DNA of 62,570 bases, counting the filler, from a bacterium (lineage in GTDB: Bacteria; UBP15; UBA6099; JAJRTR01): the NCBI GenBank assembly GCA_024278215.1. It is 7 parts of 7 records of this genome, joined end to end, with 100 filler letters (N's around TTAATTAATTAA, not from the genome) between each part and the next. Parts side by side here need not be neighbours in the genome. Positions count along the whole stretch, not along the records: positions 58,978 to 62,570 come from JAJRTR010000102.1; 6 more parts are not named here. One strand, 5' to 3'. The notes under the pieces were generated by a model. The model was not told the origin of the DNA and did not search any database. It saw nothing but the letters and a program-made list of their open reading frames with translations. The position numbers and the translations under genes were made by a program. Each line of letters opens with the position of its first letter. Positions within the stretch are counted from its first letter, which is position 1. Shown piece by piece: positions 59,776 to 62,570 of this stretch.

Positions 59776-62281
59776 AATAGAAGATATTGCCGAATTCGGG
59801 TGTGCATTCAACAGCGCCTGATCTGTATATGTTACAGGATATTGTGCCCGATCTGTCGGTGCGCCATACTTCTATGCCGAGCTTGCGATACCTGTCCAGA
59901 ACAGAAGCGTGTGGATGCCCGTAGTATGCGGGACCGCCGGTGGAAATGACAACCGCGGCAGGATCGACAGCCTTCAGAAACCGCCACGACGACGATGAAC
60001 TGCTCCCGTGATGCGGTGATTTCAAAAGTGACGACCTGACCGAACTGCCGTAGGTAGCGGCAAGCCGTTCCTCCGTCTCGCGCTCGATGTCGCCGGTCAC
60101 GAGCAGTGACGCGTTGCCGTATGTAACAAGGGCCACGGCACAGAGATTGTTTCTCTTTTCATACCATGAACTGTTATAAAACATAGCGTTATCGGGCGAT
60201 ATGAAACGTATCTCAGCACCCGATTCGAGTTTGATGTCTGTTCCAGCCTTCGCGCGAATATATTCAACATTATGTTTCATACCGGTTTTTAATAAAGTCG
60301 CATAGCGGGTGAGCTGGTCGGGGTCCATTTCATATTTGAGGCCCGGTGCTCCGGCGATTTTACAGACTTCGGGCTGTCGGGTGATATTACATGAGATGTC
60401 CGGCGGCATGCCGGTGTCAAGCAGCCGGTCGACTTTCACATTATCGAGAATCCACTGGAAACCGTTCATGTGGTCCGCGTCGGGATGAGTGATCGCGACG
60501 GCATCAAGGTGCCGGATACCCCTGCGTTTGAAATGTGCGCCGACGGCTTTCTCGCCCGGATTATAGAATTGTTCGACGTACCCCCACGCTCCGCCCGCGT
60601 CGATAAGGATTCTGAATGTGCGGTAGCCCGACTTGTCGGCAGGCACCTCGACAAGTGTCGAGTCGCCTTCTCCGACATCTATAAACGTGGCGCGAATGTA
60701 ATTTTTCGGCGGCTGCCACAAAAATGAAAAAGCGAGCACCGAGGCAATAACGCCGACGGTGAGCAGCCTGTTGTTTATCTGCTCGTCGGAGCCTTTGCGC
60801 ACAAGCGGCAGGGCGCTGACAGCCGTTGCGAGGCACGCCCAGTACAGGAGCATCCACCAGAACGGCGGAGACGCGACATCCACACTCGCGAAAGGGATCG
60901 AAGCCAGCAGGGAAGTGAGGCGGAACATGGCTTTCGCGACAAGCCCGGCAAGAAATGCGGGCGCGATTGCAGCGGGGCCGGGGATCAGTCCGCTGAGACA
61001 GGTCAGAAGATCGAGAGGCAGCACGACTCCGACAAGCGGCACGACAATCAGGTTCGAGATGGGGGCTATCACGCTGAACTGGTTGAAATAATAGGCGATA
61101 ACCGGATAGATGGGCAGTTGCGCCGACACTGAGATAAGGAGCCCGCGCATGAGCCCGAACCACCATGCCCTGCCCGGAAAGAACGCGGCGAGTTCAGGAT
61201 AGATGAATACAACGCCGGCGCTCGCAAGAAATGTAAGTTGCGCGCCGACATGAAACACTATCATCGGGTTCATCACCATCACGGCCAGCGCCGCGAAAGA
61301 AAGCGCCGACTTCGCGTGATATTCGGAGCCGAAAAGCAAACCGACAAGAAAAACTCCGCCCATAAGAGCGGCGCGCATAATAGATGGCCCGCCGCCGGTT
61401 ATCGAATAATAAAGGAGAAGCACACACGAAAGCACTATGAAACTTACAAGCGGCCTTCGGTTCCACAGGAAGCTGAGGAAAACAAATATCCCGAGCATGA
61501 ACCACACGTGCATACCCGACACCACCAGCACATGCGCAAGCCCGGCCCGCCGGAACGCGCCCTTGACTTTCGGGTCGATTTCCTGCGCTTTCCCCAGCAG
61601 CATCCTGCCGAGTATCTGGTTGTACGGCGCTTCGATCTGCTTCTCGAGGATGCCCAGAAAACGGTTTCGCAAATATCCTCCGGCACGCATCAGCGGCGAC
61701 AACGCGCCCGCGCCGAGTTTCTCATGCACGCCTCCCCATGCAGGGTACAGGCTCGCATGTATTCCCTCGATCCTCATATATGCGCGTTGTCGGTACTTGA
61801 TCTGCGACACAGGTTCGAGCCAGCCCTCGAACGCCCATCTTTCTCCATATCTCGGTTCTATCCCCAGGTCCGGGCTTATCCACATCGTAACTTTTCCGCG
61901 TACCCGTATCTCCCTGTCCGACGCTACGCGCAGGCGTTCCGCCTTAAGCGTAACAGACAGGCTTCCCCTGGCGTTAACCCTTGCGCTCAACACAGTCCCC
62001 GTAAGCCGCTCCAGCTTTGCCTCGTCTTTTCTCTGTTCAAGATACTTCGTCAGGGTGTTGTTCTTTTCTATTGTTCGCCCCGCACCGAACATAAAAACGG
62101 AAACAGAGAAAGACAGTGCACAGACAGCAGCGAAATAGTACTTGTTGTTCGATCTGAAGATCACGGCGGCGGCTGCGCAGCCGAGCGCGGCGACGCAGGC
62201 GGACCAGAGAGGAATATCCAACATGCGGCCCGCCAGTACGCCCGCAAAATACGCTGTTGTTATCGCATAGAGAAAGATCAT
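59774..62281 (-). CDS. comEC: DNA uptake channel ComEC/Rec2
   Basis: AHVLVVSGMHV, RAALM, IDVGEGDS, THPDADHMNG, TGDIE, PHHGS, GHPH. Start moved to MIFLY. Confidence 0.93.
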   Translation of the reverse strand: MIFLYAITTAYFAGVLAGRMLDIPLWSACVAALGCAAAAVIFRSNNKYYFAAVCALSFSVSVFMFGAGRTIEKNNTLTKYLEQRKDEAKLERLTGTVLSARVNARGSLSVTLKAERLRVASDREIRVRGKVTMWISPDLGIEPRYGERWAFEGWLEPVSQIKYRQRAYMRIEGIHASLYPAWGGVHEKLGAGALSPLMRAGGYLRNRFLGILEKQIEAPYNQILGRMLLGKAQEIDPKVKGAFRRAGLAHVLVVSGMHVWFMLGIFVFLSFLWNRRPLVSFIVLSCVLLLYYSITGGGPSIMRAALMGGVFLVGLLFGSEYHAKSALSFAALAVMVMNPMIVFHVGAQLTFLASAGVVFIYPELAAFFPGRAWWFGLMRGLLISVSAQLPIYPVIAYYFNQFSVIAPISNLIVVPLVGVVLPLDLLTCLSGLIPGPAAIAPAFLAGLVAKAMFRLTSLLASIPFASVDVASPPFWWMLLYWACLATAVSALPLVRKGSDEQINNRLLTVGVIASVLAFSFLWQPPKNYIRATFIDVGEGDSTLVEVPADKSGYRTFRILIDAGGAWGYVEQFYNPGEKAVGAHFKRRGIRHLDAVAITHPDADHMNGFQWILDNVKVDRLLDTGMPPDISCNITRQPEVCKIAGAPGLKYEMDPDQLTRYATLLKTGMKHNVEYIRAKAGTDIKLESGAEIRFISPDNAMFYNSSWYEKRNNLCAVALVTYGNASLLVTGDIERETEERLAATYGSSVRSSLLKSPHHGSSSSSSWRFLKAVDPAAVVISTGGPAYYGHPHASVLDRYRKLGIEVWRTDRSGTISCNIYRSGAVECTPEFGNIFY

Positions 62282-62430
62282 TCCACTATTTTCCCTGTAA
62301 CCTTTCACATGGTATATTACTGCAATAACATTGTGAGAAACACCGAAATTCCGGGTACACGCGTGAATTTTACTCCATAATTCGGGATCGTGTTGCTTGG
62401 AATTCAGCGAGAAATCCCATGTGTACGGCT

Positions 62431-62570
62431 GAGCCAATTGCAAAATTCTGATTCTGCTGCGGTCGGCTGCTATTGTCCATAGCTGCGTTGTCGGCGCAAA
62501 ATCGTCCTCGACGTACTCTGCAAGTACGCCTGCGAGGATTTTACACCTCCGCCTTGTTCTGAACAATTTC
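62431..62570 (-). mobile_element. MITE copy (runs off the window)
   Basis: GAGCCAATTGCAAAATTCTGATTCTGCTGCGG... Confidence 0.9.

Noticed and set aside
59774-62566. 930-aa ComEC as given by the ORF track
   Set aside because: The N-terminal ~95 aa come from the MITE and spacer; ATG 62281 fits the family better.

Overview
This is a bacterial draft or metagenome scaffold of seven contig pieces joined by six identical 100-nt spacers (N44-TTAATTAATTAA-N44), so gene adjacency across a spacer is not reliable. The organism looks like an anaerobic diderm (beta-barrel porin, LolA-like and SPOR proteins, rubrerythrin/desulfoferrodoxin, POR-type oxidoreductase, HdrB-like protein). The first contig (1-19435) holds three things: (i) an ArsC-PAS-sigma54 activator fusion next to a candidate enhancer palindrome and -24/-12 promoter in front of a small Cys protein, an ECF sigma factor and oxidative-stress genes; (ii) an Rrf2-headed nitrosative-stress cluster with hcp, a porin, a NapC-type cytochrome and an octaheme HAO-family cytochrome; (iii) a glycosyltransferase/DedA/flavoprotein cluster whose flavoprotein gene is cut by a MITE. 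An archaeal-type Sep-tRNA:Cys-tRNA synthase with a translationally coupled 65-aa partner lies divergent from a Cys/Met PLP enzyme. A 178-bp MITE (TIR GAGCCAATTGCAAAATT) occurs as about 11 copies or fragments, has one fully open reading frame and overlaps the stop codons of four host genes. Features absent from or only partly covered by the ORF track are a HEPN (HI0074) pseudogene, IS21 and ISL3 ends and two sigma28-type promoters. I recognised no tRNA, rRNA or CRISPR array. All family assignments come from motif recognition by eye; no searches were run.
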